A program made the position numbers and the translations under genes. Below are positions 1-13,143 of a DNA stretch of 64,000 bases, one piece after another. The stretch covers positions 93,558,001-93,622,000 of the forward strand of contig NC_043002.1 of assembly GCF_006345805.1 (NCBI RefSeq), in the 5' to 3' direction. The notes under the pieces were generated by a model. It was not told the origin of the DNA. It did not search any database and worked only from the letters and a program-made list of their open reading frames with translations. The stretch comes from Octopus sinensis (Eukaryota). The stretch's first letter is position 1; every line of letters begins with the position of its first letter.

Positions 1-458
1 CAATTTAGTTGATTTAAATGTAAAATTTAATGTAAATATTTATCATCATCATCCAACACTTTTTTTTTTTGGTAGCTGGAATGGGCTGGGTAGGTCTGTT
101 TTAGCACAATACCTCATCAAAAGGATTTACTGAACAAATGCGAATGTACAAATAGACAAAAAAGAGATTAGGGAAATATTATACACTATATTATTGTATA
201 TTAAATATTAGTTAATTAGTAAACACACACACACACATATATAATATATAAATACATATATAACATGCTTCTTTCATTTTCCATCTACCAAATCCACTCA
301 CATGGCTTTGGTCAGACACATACCTAAGGTGCCATGCAGGAAGATTGAACTTGAATCCACATAGTTGGAAACAAATGCCTTAACCACATAGCCATGCCTA
401 CACCTAAACAACCCTACACACACACTCATATATGTATATTTGTATTGTTTTGTTTCAG

Positions 459-599
459 ATACGATGAAAGCCCGGCGTATAGTAGAAGATAATGACTGTA
501 GTGTTCACACAATTGCTGCTGTTTTGAAACTTTACTTTAGAGAATTGCCTGAACCATTATTTACGAATCTTCTGTATGACAAATTTATTGGCATTTCTG
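459..599 (+). CDS. RhoGAP exon (internal)
   Basis: tttcag|AT acceptor, G|gtaagt donor; encodes VLKLYFRELPEPLFT. Confidence 0.9.
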
Positions 600-3500
600 G
601 TAAGTCACTAAGTATATTTCAAATACCAACATTAAAGTTTAAAGTATTTCTTTCATCCTTTTACTTTAATAATCAATTTAACAAGTCTTATGATTCTTAA
701 AGGAGTAATTGTTTGAGCCAACTGGAGCTAAACATTTTTTGTTAAGGTTTTTCTCTATAGATCTTCTATAGTAATTATAGCCAGCACTCCTAAAAAGCTC
801 CTGAAATATGCATATTTGCCCATTGTCCAATTTTCATAATTCTTGTTTCTCAAATACGAGACAACGTAGTAAAATCAGTGCTGGCCACAATTTCTATAGA
901 AGATCTGTAGAGATAACCATAAGAAATGATGTAATAGCACTGGTAACACAGCAGAATATAGTTTTGAATAATAATAAAGATTTAATATACTTGTTGTATA
1001 TTAGGGTTGCATAACAAAATATGGTGTCTCTACAGGTCACTAAACATTTTTGTTAGAGGTATTGGCAATGCAGGGTAGGACAAATTCCAATAACACAGCC
1101 AACTGAATCTTTCAAATTATTGTAAACAAATCAAATTGATTTGCAGTTTATATGAAGAAAAATCATGCTAAAATACAGTGGTTATACTAACTAACCATTT
1201 TAGTATCTTTTTTTAAAATATCTTGTTTCAATCAAAATCTGTGCAGGTTAGAGGTTAGGGTATTGCAGTCTGTTATGTCGCACGTTCAGACGCCTCTACT
1301 ACTCCACTCAACTCCGCTCTGTTCTACCTCAGTACTACTCAACTGTTCTCTGCTACTCAACTGTGCTCTCTCTTTGACGTCTAGGCTTCTCCCTCTATAT
1401 CTACGTATTGAGCTAGCCTACTTCATCGTCTGGGGGCGTCCACACAACACATTCCTAATCATAACATCATGAGTTCAATTGCTACACCATGTGATGATGC
1501 AGTGTGCTCTTTGGCCAGGTGCTCCATTTCATTTTGCTCCAGTTTTCTCAGCCTTGTATTGGGTATAGCCTTTTCATTATCCAACTGTTTCATCCTGGAT
1601 GCTCCACTGCACCAAATGGTGGAAGGTTGAGTGTGTGTTGATGTCTGCCCATGACTACACAATCAATGTATTACAGATGCTACTATTAACACTTAAAACT
1701 ATTGGCCAAAGTATTGTAGATGCTACCAGTCATACTTATTTATGAGTCACAGGTATGAAAATAATTATTAGCAACAGAGGCAGTATTAGTACCAAAAAGC
1801 AATCTTTATACCCAACTTAATGTGGATGTCTTGTTAGAACATCAAATACATAGACACATGGTGCATAAAAGCATAGATCATAATAGACCATTCTCGTTTG
1901 CTATGATTCATACCTGTGCTTTAATGCACCATGCATCTATATGAGAGGACCTCTCAAGGCTAATACTGCAATATTTAGTGTTCTGACAAGACATCCACAT
2001 TAAGTTGGATATAAAAGTTGTCACAGGTATGATTTTTTTCCCCAATGGAAAATTCTAAATGGAGATTTTTTTCTATCTGTTCTCATTGTGGGAGAAATAT
2101 ACTCTGTTAGAATCGAACCATCTATTATGGTATGTTATATAGATGGATGTTAATACATATATGTATGCATGCATACTCCAGTGGGTTTCATCCTCTTTGA
2201 CTTTGTGACACATTGTGGATAAAATAACAGGATTATTGCTGTTAAGTTTAAAAATTTAGGAAAAATTATAGAACAAGATATTACTTATGTTTAATTAAAT
2301 AATAAGGATTTTTTCGGTTTGAACAGCAGTTTTTTCTAGCAGTGTCATATGAAATTGTCACCCATAATTATGACCCTAGTATTGATCTATTGCATTTCAA
2401 TCTGTTTTAGGGTTAGGGGTGGGGGAAGGGTATCTTTTTTTCTTCACAAATGTAAATAAACCCAATCTGTTTCTTAAACGAGGGACATATTCATACGGCA
2501 CAGAATGTTTTTTTACCTCAATGGATGTCAATGATTGGTTGAAATTGCAGAAATTGAAGAAAAAAAACAACAAATATCTTACAAACTATAGAACTTTCTC
2601 AATAAAGCCAAGAGAAAAAGATGTTTTATAAACACATTCTACCAGTATACGAAGTTTAAAATATTTTAGTTATCTGGAAATTATGTTAAAAACTGCCGTT
2701 CAAACAGAAAAGATCCAATAGTAATAACAACAACACAATAATGCTGATCCAGTGGGATGTTAGAATAAAAACAGCAACAGTCTCCATCTTACTGTCTCTT
2801 TTCACATTGAACAGATATAAAAGAACCTGAACAGAAAGAAAAAGAACTCATCTCCCTGATTCATTCTCTTCCTGAGGTCAATTATAACATACTTCTACAT
2901 ATGCTTGATCATCTCAAATGGTAAGTTACTAATACATTCTCTCAATCAATTACTGGTTTTAATTATTAGACTCTGACCGTGCTGGAGCACTGCCTTCAAG
3001 GATTTTTTTCTTTTTGTTTTGTTAGTCAATTATACTGATCTCCAGTATTTAATCTGGTTCCTATACATTAGGAACCAGATTAAATACTGTTTCTCTAGAA
3101 TATATATTTTCTTTTTTTTTTTAACATCCGTTTTCCATGCTAGCATGGGTTGGACAGTTCGACCAGGGTCTGGGAAGCCAGGAGGCTGCACCAGGCTCCA
3201 GTCTGATCTGGCAGTGTTTCTACAGCTGGATGCCCTTCCTAACGCCAACCACTCCGTGAGTGTAGTGGGTGCTTTTTATGTGCCACCGGCACAGGTGCCA
3301 GGGAAGGCTGGCAGCAGCCACGATCGGTTGGTGCTTTTTACGTGACACCGGCATAGGTATCACAACTACTATTTCCATTTGATATTTATTTCGATGTTTA
3401 TGTACTTGACTCTATATATATATATATATGCAAGAGAAACAGGGAAACCAGCCCTATGTTTCTTATGGAATAATGTGGACTAACTAACCACCATCTAATA

Positions 3501-4382
3501 AAAAAAATAAAGGCTACATCTCACAGTGTAGTCCCAGATATACAAAGAGAAAAAGAAGCAAACAAACATCAGGCATGATTATGTAGTTAGAAGCTTGCCT
3601 TGCAATCATGTGGTTTCAGGTTCAGTCTCACTGTGTGACACCTTGGGCAAGTGTCTATATGTGTATCTTTATACCTGTGGTTGTCCCTCACTGCCACTGT
3701 TTGACAACCAGTGTTGATTTGTTTATGTCCCCATAACTTAGTGGTTCAGTAAAAAGGGACCGATAGAATACGCGCCAGAGATAAAAATAGTTACTGGGCT
3801 TGATCTGTTTCACTAAAACCCTTCAAGGCAGCATTCCAGCATGCCATAGTTTCCTTGCTCACTCAATGGAGAAGGGATTGGGTCATTGCTGAGTGATGGT
3901 TCATTATCTGGTGTAAAGTGTGTGGTGCATGTTGTGCACCTTGATAGGTGCTGAGACAGCCAATGCACAACCCTTAGTCCAGTTGCAGTTCAATGACTGA
4001 AACATATAAAAGCTACTTTATGGGCTGAAGTGCTATTGATTATTGTTCTTCTTAATCAGAAGTGATTTAGGGCTAGACAAAAAGCTCTTTATAAATCTGA
4101 AGTTGATGTGGTTCTAAATGAAATAAAATTCTAATGTTTCTTTTCTTATCTTTTTTTAGCGTCCATGAGTATTCCTCCCAAAATAAGATGACTAATGGCA
4201 ACCTATCTGTGATTTTCGGACAGTCTCTGATGCAACCAGCACCGACACCGGAGCCATCACCAGCAACGGAACCAGGTTCAGCACAAGAGGCTTTAGCTTA
4301 CATGAATGCTCTTCACCAGAACAATATTCTGAAATATCTCTTGGACTTAAAATGCTCTGGAAAAAACTTTCTCAAACCATGA
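459..4382 (+). CDS. RhoGAP-domain protein, 3' part; join(459..599,2815..2920,4160..4382), 5' exons outside window
   Basis: Spliced translation gives VHTIAAVLKLYFRELPEPLFT...LIHSLPEVNYNILLHMLDHLKCVHEYSSQNKMTNGNLSVIFGQSLM, matching the conserved RhoGAP boxes (LKxYFRELPEPL; LP..N...L..L..HL; NKM...NL...FG). AG/GT junctions and phases (1,1,2) are consistent; stop TGA at 4380-4382. Subfamily not identifiable by eye. Confidence 0.9.
752..913. mobile_element. MITE-like inverted repeat (37-bp arms)
   Basis: tctctatagatcttctatagtaattatagccagcact versus its reverse complement at 877-913, 4 mismatches. Confidence 0.6.
1271..1449. mobile_element. Probable solo LTR
   Basis: TG...CA ends (tgttatg / cacaaca, 6 of 7 inverted match); flanks cagtc / cattc resemble a 5-bp TSD with one mismatch; GC-richer than surroundings. 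Confidence 0.55.
1805..2015. mobile_element. Tc1/mariner-type MITE (37-bp inverted arms, TA at both ends)
   Basis: tttatacccaacttaatgtggatgtcttgttagaaca versus 1979-2015, 2 mismatches. Confidence 0.7.
2306..2716 (+). mobile_element. ~410-bp MITE, GG termini, 8-bp TSD (Merlin-like candidate), copy 1
   Basis: TIR ggat(c/t)ttttcggtttgaac...; flanks aataataa / aatagtaa; near-identical copies at 32729 and 37181. Confidence 0.8.
2815..2920 (+). CDS. RhoGAP penultimate coding exon
   Basis: acag|AT acceptor, TG|gtaagt donor; encodes LIHSLPEVNYNILLHMLDHLK; too short for the ORF track. Confidence 0.88.
3112..3400 (-). mobile_element. Family A SINE-like retroposon
   Basis: Core ggagtggttggcgttaggaagggcatccagctgtagaaac and tail ccatgctagcatggaaaacggatgttaa. 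Confidence 0.8.
4160..4382 (+). CDS. RhoGAP last coding exon
   Basis: ttttag|C acceptor; NKMTNGNLSVIFGQSLM; stop TGA. Confidence 0.9.
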
Positions 4383-5229
4383 AGCTTCAAACTCATTATT
4401 TTTCTGTGCAAAATAAAAAAATAAAAAAAAAAGAAACAAATGCATAATGCCTTCACACATTTTCATGGTTTGTTTTTAAGTTGGAGAGGAAGAGAGAGAC
4501 TGCTTGCTAGCCATTTATTCACACTGCATTTTTTCAAACAGTATCATCTTTGTTCACTCCTTCATTATTTTTAAACTTCTCGCCAAGCTTGATTGCAAAG
4601 TACGTCGGCCATGATACTTATATACAAACATGGCTATTTGCAAGCTTGGCAAGATGAAACCAAGCGATAATGTCATCATCGATCACGATAATGTCAATCA
4701 TTGAAATTGTTATTATTATTATTATTATTATGAAACTCATGATAACGATAATTGACATGATTTGCTTTTTGAAAGGGGTCGATGACGAGAAGGGATGTTT
4801 GCATTGATGACAATGCTGTTGTTGCCTGTGTTGTTGCTACTGTTGCTAATGCTGCTGTTGATGATAATGATGGTATTGAAACCTGAGATAATTAATCAGC
4901 ATGGTGTTAAATGTTATATTATTCTTGCCTCTCCACCAAATCTCATCTCACTCTTTCATCAGCTTACTTGTTGAAACACTGGACTTCAAAAACCTCTTGT
5001 TTGCAATCTAATTGCTTTAAAATGTTCCTAAAACTTATACATTATTTCACTAAACCTCCACACATTCATCCTATATTTTCCGATTTTTGCCTCACTTTTT
5101 TTAATCAGTTATTGAGGCAGATATTGTATATGCTTATGTACATATCATTATTTTTCTCATTTGTGCCTGTGTGTATACGTATGTATGTTGGTGTGCATAT
5201 GTATGTATGTAGTGTATGTGTGTGAATAA

Positions 5230-5279
<50 letters not shown>

Positions 5280-5768
5280 TGATGTATGTCAGAAGTGGTA
5301 TATTGTGGACACTGAAAGTTGGTGATGTAAACGTTATAAAAAGTAAATTTGAACATTATTTTATGAACATGATATATTTAGATGTTAATATATATCATTT
5401 ATAAATATTACAAGAAATCATTTATTGAAGTGACTTTCTGTAGTTGAAAATTTAGTAGGAAGAGTTACTAATTTCATTTTTAGTTTTTTAAATAGTTTTG
5501 TCACAGTTGTTTGAAATAAACAAACGCTAAGACTAAAGTAACGATTAAATAGCATGCTTTGAACTAGCTAAGTGATGCTATCTCATAGCTTGGCATATGG
5601 CATGATTCTCCTATGAACTATTCACTCTCTATGCTGGGCTACATATTGTAATCTAAATCTTTAGTTCCATGTGCTAATCGCATTACCTGCTTGTACCCCA
5701 AGATTAACATTGAAATTTTGTGATTATTTATAAGTAATGCATTTTTGCAATAAACACTAAAATCTATT

Positions 5769-5996
5769 CTAACCCCTTGCAGGCGTACTTAGTACTGTCC
5801 GTCTATGCTGTATACCAGTATTAGGCTGTTCAGTAACTACATAATTTTCCAGACAAGGAATTTTACAGTGTATTTACAAATTTTTCTCAGTTTGGTATAT
5901 TTGAAAACATGGTGCTGTACAGAGCGAGACATCACACTGCTCACACACATAGTGTTTCAATGCAGTCAGTACTGCTTCCCGTCTGCAAGGGGTTAA
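5769..5996. mobile_element. piggyBac-like MITE (CCC...GGG ends, TTAA-type flanks)
   Basis: ctaa-ccccttgcaggcg ... cgtctgcaagggg-ttaa. Confidence 0.65.
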
Positions 5997-7208
5997 CAAG
6001 TTTTCCTTAACCCCACTAAAGTCAAAGATACTCTTCATCCTTCTGGGGCCAATAAAATGAGTACCGCTGGGGCCAATAAAATGAGTACAGAGTGGGGCCA
6101 GTCTTCATCATGTGTACCCTCCACTAAAATGTGAGACTGTTTATGTATGTTACAGACTATTATTATTATATTATAACTTTTATCTTTTCTCAGGATTTGA
6201 ACTATGTAATTTGTGCTTTGTTTCTGCCACTGAGAGAGAAAAAAATCTGATGTGGAAAAAAGTCAAATATGAGAATCTTAATCCTTTTTATCTCAGTATA
6301 TTATTTAGTTTGGTTAAGGCAAAGTTTTTCTTTTATGCTCTGGCAGACAAAAAAAAAAAAGCAAAACAGATATCTGTTTTACCTCACAAAATTTTACTCT
6401 ACTTAAAAGATGACCTGGAGAGAAATCACCAGATGTCATTGCTGTATGGTTCAAGTAAAGACAATGACACAATGCTGATATGATAAAATCATGAAAAACA
6501 GTCTTGCTTGTCAAATATTAGTAAAAGAGATTTTGTGCATGACTCAGAGAGTGTGTATGTATGTGTGTGTGTGTGTAAAGCATTTTATATTATTAGGAAG
6601 TAATCTATTACAAATAGGTAATTAACTTACTTAAACAAATATAATTGCTATTTCATGACTTTCGCAGACAGCACATAGCACATCCTGAACACACACACAC
6701 ACACACATCCATAAATACATATACACACATGTTAATGTTACCAAGTGCAATTTTACCAAATTTTTACCAATTGGTTTTTTTTTTTCTTTTCTTTCATGTT
6801 AAATATATATATATATATTTGTTGAATGTATTTATGACTTACTGCAATAGATGTACACAATATAATGCATCTGTAAATAATATCTTGAGTTTTGGGAGCA
6901 TAATTTAACAAACAATAAAAGTGAAACTGTATTTTTATTTGTTCTGTTTCTGAAGGTGTAAGAATTAAAAATATCATGATTTCAAGTTCTTACCATTCAT
7001 CTTTGCTATTAATGTCCTGCTTATGAACAACAGTCTTGTTACCAAGAGAGACAAAAAAAAAAAAGGTGTATGTGTATGTGTGTGTGTATGTGGGGAGGGG
7101 TTAAAATGTTTTATATTACAATATGAATTGGGTGTATGCTGAAGTTTTATTCCACTCTTTTATATCATTAAAGGTATATGATGTGTTCACCATCAATACA
7201 CATGTGTG

Positions 7209-7252
<44 letters not shown>

Positions 7253-8899
7253 TACACACACATGTATGACATTGATACATTGCATGTTCTCATAATTACA
7301 CTTACGTCTGCATAAAACCTTTTAAACTAGAAACCTTCTGAAGACAACAGCAGATTTCCTTACCAATTGGAAGAGGAACATTGAGGGTGAAGCCAAGAAG
7401 GTTATTGGGAATTATACAAAATGATTGATTTCTTGGTGATTTGAGGTGAGAGAAGAGAAAAGGTTGTTTGAAATAAAATTATATTTTTTTATCAACATTT
7501 CTCCCCCTCTTCTTATCTCTAAGTCATCATGGTCACTTAAAATAAACAGCTTTTTGACATATTATTCCCCATACCTGCTATATCATATGTCTAATTATTT
7601 GAAATCATTATCTAATTTGCTGGAGTGACAGAAATGGTATATACCAAAACTAATTGAATCAAAGCATTTAGTTTAGTTCACAGTCTTTCATATCTGAGAG
7701 TCAATAGAATGCCTAGCATGATTAACTCCCTTCCCTTTTTAACAAATTTAAGAAATTAATATTTATTGTTATATTTTTTTTATCTTGTACAGTGATAACA
7801 AACCACAAAAATTTGCAGCTTTCCTGGCCAGTATCGGCCTACTGTTGTTAGGTTTAATTTTCATGTCTAGACATGAAGCTTTGAAATTTGACAATATGGG
7901 TTTCATGACAGCCACAAATCCTTCTAATTATTGCTTTATGAATAAAAAAATTGTTGACGAAAGGTGTCAAATGAAGCAGCTGAACTTTCAAATCTTACTA
8001 TTTATCGCAGATGTATCATAATGTTCATTGAAGTGTAGCATCCGGTTTCATAATTAATTGTAGTTTTTCAGTCCTTTAATTAGACACTGTTTTGTGATTT
8101 ATTGTATTTCTTTAGTCATTGAATTAGTTTAACTCTTTTACTGCAAAAATCAGATATATTCACTCAAAATTTCATTACCTTTAACTGCAGAAAGCAATTT
8201 TATATATACCAATCTATCTTTTATTTAGGAATGTCATGTTTGAAACTATTTTTTTGTGGGATGTGTTAAGTTTATTGTGGCAGCAAAACTTGCAGAAAAT
8301 ACCAATTCTAATTTTTGGTAGATATTTTAACATCATTACTGGACTAGCCATGAAATTTAATTTCAAAGTTAAAGGGCTAATTTGTAATACAGATTTCTGC
8401 CTTGACTGTGAGTATTTGATTTGTCTGGCTAATAAAAGTTACCATTTCTTAAAGTTTAACAGAATTTTTCAATATCTGTAGTTAATTTTGTTGGTGAGTT
8501 GGCAAAAACAGAAGACATGAACTAAAGGCCATTACACTATTTTTTAGCCTTAGCTCTATTACCTAATACCAACTTCTGCTGTCCAACTTTGCCTTTTTTA
8601 TGTACAAAATTGGAAATAACTTCAATCATTTAAACCATACCCTTGCAAAAATTGGCCTTGTCACTATGCAAACCAATGACCGTACTTAACCGACAACAGT
8701 GGATTATACTTTCACAAATATCTTACATTCCAAAATGAGGATCTTTGAAAATATGGAAATATATATTTTAAACTCAAGAAAGAAAAGTCTATAAAATAAA
8801 TTTTGAAAATATTCTCAGAAACGACATCTCCCATTATTTCTTTTGTTTAAAAACAGCAAATTTGACAAAATTAGTATATGACAACGTATTTACCTCTAC

Positions 8900-9073
<174 letters not shown>

Positions 9074-10459
9074 GTTTGTATGTAACTTGAACCTAAATGT
9101 TATCACACATACATACACACAAATATTTGAAATTACTCCTATGTTACGTGTACCTAAATATAAAAATAAGATTTTGTTTAAGGTTTCATGTGTTCAACCT
9201 TATCAATCCTAGAAGAATGAAAAGTTGAATCAATTTTTGCTCTCTAACAGAGTACTCCTGATTAACTTTTTCCAGTATTGTTATGTTGATCAAGGAAATG
9301 TAATATCTCTCTTCCTCACCTGTTTTTTTTCTTCTTCTATATTTATAATTGTAAGAGTATATGAATATATGGAAATATATCCATATATAGATATAAATAT
9401 ATGTATATCCTCCCAAATGTGCAATGTAATGTAGAAAAGCACAAACCATATTCTACTTCCCCACTTCAGTTCTCAAACAGCCCCTACAAGGTGTTAGGGA
9501 ACCTGTTTTGTTAGGTGCGTGTAATCATTAAATGCACACACACACACACACTGAACTCCCCTATAGTTACCAAGTCTTTCCACGAAGCCAGTCTTGTGAT
9601 TAACTCTGAGAAATACACACACACATGTACGCAAGTGTATACATAAATTGCATAAATGAGTGTATACACTTTATTACAATAACTTGTAAAATTGGATTTA
9701 TATAATTTTTATTGGTATACATGTACATTATATTATTGTTGCTGTTATTATTATCATTATTACTATTATTATTAAGTAGCATTTTTAGAAACTACTTGTT
9801 CTGCTACAACTTATATTATTCATTATTATTGTTATTGTTATTGCTGTTGGTTTTTGGATACCAGATAAATGTCACCTCCATAGAAATAGTGTTTCCTTAT
9901 AGATTAATTTTGTGAATATTAGTTCACGAAGAGAATTTATGGCACCCAAGCCATTCTTTGTTTGTATTAATTGATTACTACATAATTTCTAGTCCTTTGG
10001 CATGTTTGTATTGGTTGATTGCCTCATGAACATCTAGAGAACACATGTTGTTTAGTTCCTGGGCATGTTTTAGCTATCTTAGCTAAATTTATGCTGGAAG
10101 TACTGTAATAGTAAAACAGAAAAAAAAACATTGAGCTGGAGGGTGTTGGCTTGGGAAGAATTTGTCATAATGACACTGATGACCATCATCAGTATTGCAT
10201 TGTCATTGAATCCTTCCCTTGTGGCTAGTTAGCCCCAAGTCTACTCTGATTTATCTGACCTATTAATCAAAAGTACTCCAGTGATATTTCCATACATAAA
10301 TACATCTAGGATTACATTATTCAGTGTCTCCTGCCTTGCTTGAGATGCTAAGGTGTGATTTCAAGGATGTAAAGCTGATGTTTTTAGATGTCATGAGACC
10401 ACTTAGAGAGCCTGCCTTCGTTGGTTCATAATGTCCTTGGACTGTTACATGGTTGACGA

Positions 10460-10568
10460 ACTGTGTGGGGGGTATTACCATAAATAGACTGTAGGTGGGT
10501 GTAACCATAGATGGACTGTGGTGGGCATTACCAAAGATGGACTGTGTGGTGGGTGTGACCAGAGAGGG
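10460..10568. repeat. Minisatellite, four copies of a 26-28-bp unit
   Basis: Unit approximately actgtggtgggtgtaaccatagatgg. Confidence 0.8.
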
Positions 10569-11045
10569 ATTGTGTTGTATGATAGATACCTGTGTGGTAG
10601 ATCTTAACATAAATGCACTTATATATGATAAATACTTCATGATGGTTGCCTATGTGATACATGGACTTGCACAGTAGAAATCACACAACCAACTAACAGA
10701 AGTGAAGTCTGATATAGAATAACCAAGAAATGTTGATGCATTTATACACATATAAGAATAACTTAGTTCAAATGTTATTTAAAATTCCAACACCTAGATG
10801 ATTAATAGGAAGATAAACTTTAAAAAAGGGCCCCATTAAGTATATGAATGTTCAGTTTAACACAAGTACACAAACGTATCAAGCCTGCATCCCATCATAA
10901 ATGACACTGGATTTGGCTTTCGTAGATCCTCAGGGACAGTTTTTCTCTATATTTTATGCATCACTTTCATGTTTTTATGTTAGTCATGATCAACTCAATT
11001 ATTCCAGCTGTCAACTGAGACACCTACACACTAACATATAACATT

Positions 11046-11095
<50 letters not shown>

Positions 11096-12580
11096 GTGTG
11101 TGTGTGTGTGCATATACACACACACACACACACATGTACATACATATATATACATACAAACGCGTGCGCGCGTGGATGCAGGCATGTCTGAATGCTTAAG
11201 AAATTCTTTTCAAAACCATAAAGTCCTGGGTTCAATCTCACACAAGGCTATGATGCCATGCATCTTGGACAATAAGAGCATTTATCACAGCTTCAGGTCA
11301 ACTCTATCCTTGTGAGTGCAATTTCTTTGATAGAAATTGTATAGAAACCTGTCAGACAGACTGTGCCTGTAATTCAAAGGTCCAGAGAATTACATTAAAG
11401 GAGAAATGTGTCTGTAGAATATTCAACCACTTTGCATACTAATTCAATATGTAGGTTGCCCACTTGTTAAAGCAACTGGACACACATACTGAAATTGATG
11501 CAAGAATCCATCATCATCATTATCATCATATACATCATTTTCATCATATACATGAATAAAATGTTCAATTAATTTTTCTCTTCATATTTTGTTGCTAATT
11601 CTGAAATTCTCACCTGCCACCAGCTTCATTGCACCACTGAAACAAGGGAAACCAAATGTGATTTATCAAAGTAGAAAATAGCATGATTATTTAAAAGACG
11701 CATTTTGTAGTGAGGGTCATGTATTCAGGATTACGACTTTTAACATGTTCCTGTAGCATTATTTATAATTATTGGAAAGGCAGTGGATTGACAGGAACAT
11801 TAAGAGCATTTGACACAAATGCTTTGTTGCTATTTGTTCTGCCTCTCTACATTCTTGAGTTCAAATCTTGCTGAGGTCAACTTTGCCTTTCATCTCTTTA
11901 GGGTCAATAAAATAAAGTATCAGTCAAAAAGTACTAGAGTCAATGGTATCAGCTAACACCCTGCTTCCCCCACTGCCCAAAATTTCAGGCCTTGTGTCTA
12001 CATTTGAAATAATTATTTATAAATATTGTTATTCAAACATATTACATTTATATAATATGAAAATAAGAATAAATAAATTCAACCTAAACCAATAAAAACA
12101 ATTATCATAATGTTTGGTACATCCTGTTTCAGGACCTGGGGTATGCCATTGTTTGTTGCTTAGAGATAGTTTCTTTTTTTGCTTCCAGCTATCACTTTTA
12201 TGAATATTCTTATTTTGTATGAAATATAAAGTAATCCAGCGGACCATGATGACATTCTGGGTACATGAATGGATTTTCTGGGGGGAACTTTTGTGCTTTT
12301 ACTGAACAGGGTTTGATGTTTGTGTACAAGTTCATATTGTCCTGTAATATATAAAAGCATTGATAAATTTCTTCAAACCTCAATTGTTTTGTGTTATATT
12401 TTTATATTTCATTTCTTCTGCTTTCTTTCTCTCATCATTTACATATTATTAACTGTAGAAAAAGATGAAACTTCCATCCTTCCTATAATATCCTTCTGCA
12501 ATGCTGCATCTGAAAGCGGGGCCTTGATTTGAGAATTCCAAGGTTTTGAGGAGTTAGGAACCACCTCTTAACCACTGTTA

Positions 12581-12845
12581 AATAATAATAATAATAATAA
12601 TAATTGTGTACAGTGCTCAGGTGCACTACAACTCACCTAAAGTGTATATATAATCAGGTGTAGTTTCTGTGGATTTCGGAAAGCATGAGGGCCTTAAAGG
12701 ATGCAGTGTCATGGCAGTCAACAACTGACGCAGGCAGTTTATTCCATGCTTCAGCAACTCTGAGCGTGAAAAAATGTTTCTGAAAGTCATGGTAGCTGTG
12801 CTGTTTTCTGACTTTGTAGGCATGTCCACGTGTGTTAGACACATG
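12581..12845 (-). mobile_element. CR1-clade LINE 3' end with (TTA)n tail
   Basis: Near-identical to 13144-13400; encodes ...FFTLRVAEAWNKLPASVV. Confidence 0.85.
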
Positions 12846-13143
12846 TCTACCCTACCTGGAGTAGTAGCACTTGTAAGGCACCCAGCTATAGATTAATTAA
12901 TATGTAAGTAGAGTGACCCCTTGACAAGGCCTATTACCTGGTAACTACCTGAGTCAGGGTTGCATTGAAATGATAGGATGCTGCTTAGTGGCTGTGAACT
13001 ATTGTGGCAAATAAACTTATTGAATCAATGGTGAGAATCCGTAGATGAACATACAACAACTGTCCATGACCAGAATCAACCTGTTCAGCTAACAAACTGC
13101 TATCATCTGTAGTCATGGCATGCACAGATGTGACATTCAGTTA

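Noticed and set aside
3019-3345. ORFs reading [19 protein letters not shown] or [11 protein letters not shown] (also ~15330, 25030, 29234, 40850, 55572, 56632)
   Set aside because: Translations of family A repeat copies, not genes
7785-8021. 78-aa ORF with a hydrophobic stretch
   Set aside because: Starts at TTG, no recognisable homology or splice context; probably 3' UTR sequence
9712-9915. Poly-Leu and poly-Asn ORFs
   Set aside because: Translations of (TTA/TTG)n microsatellites
10895-10940. CTGAGGA-tctac-GAAA on the minus strand
   Set aside because: No helix II, helix III or helix I pairing; chance match
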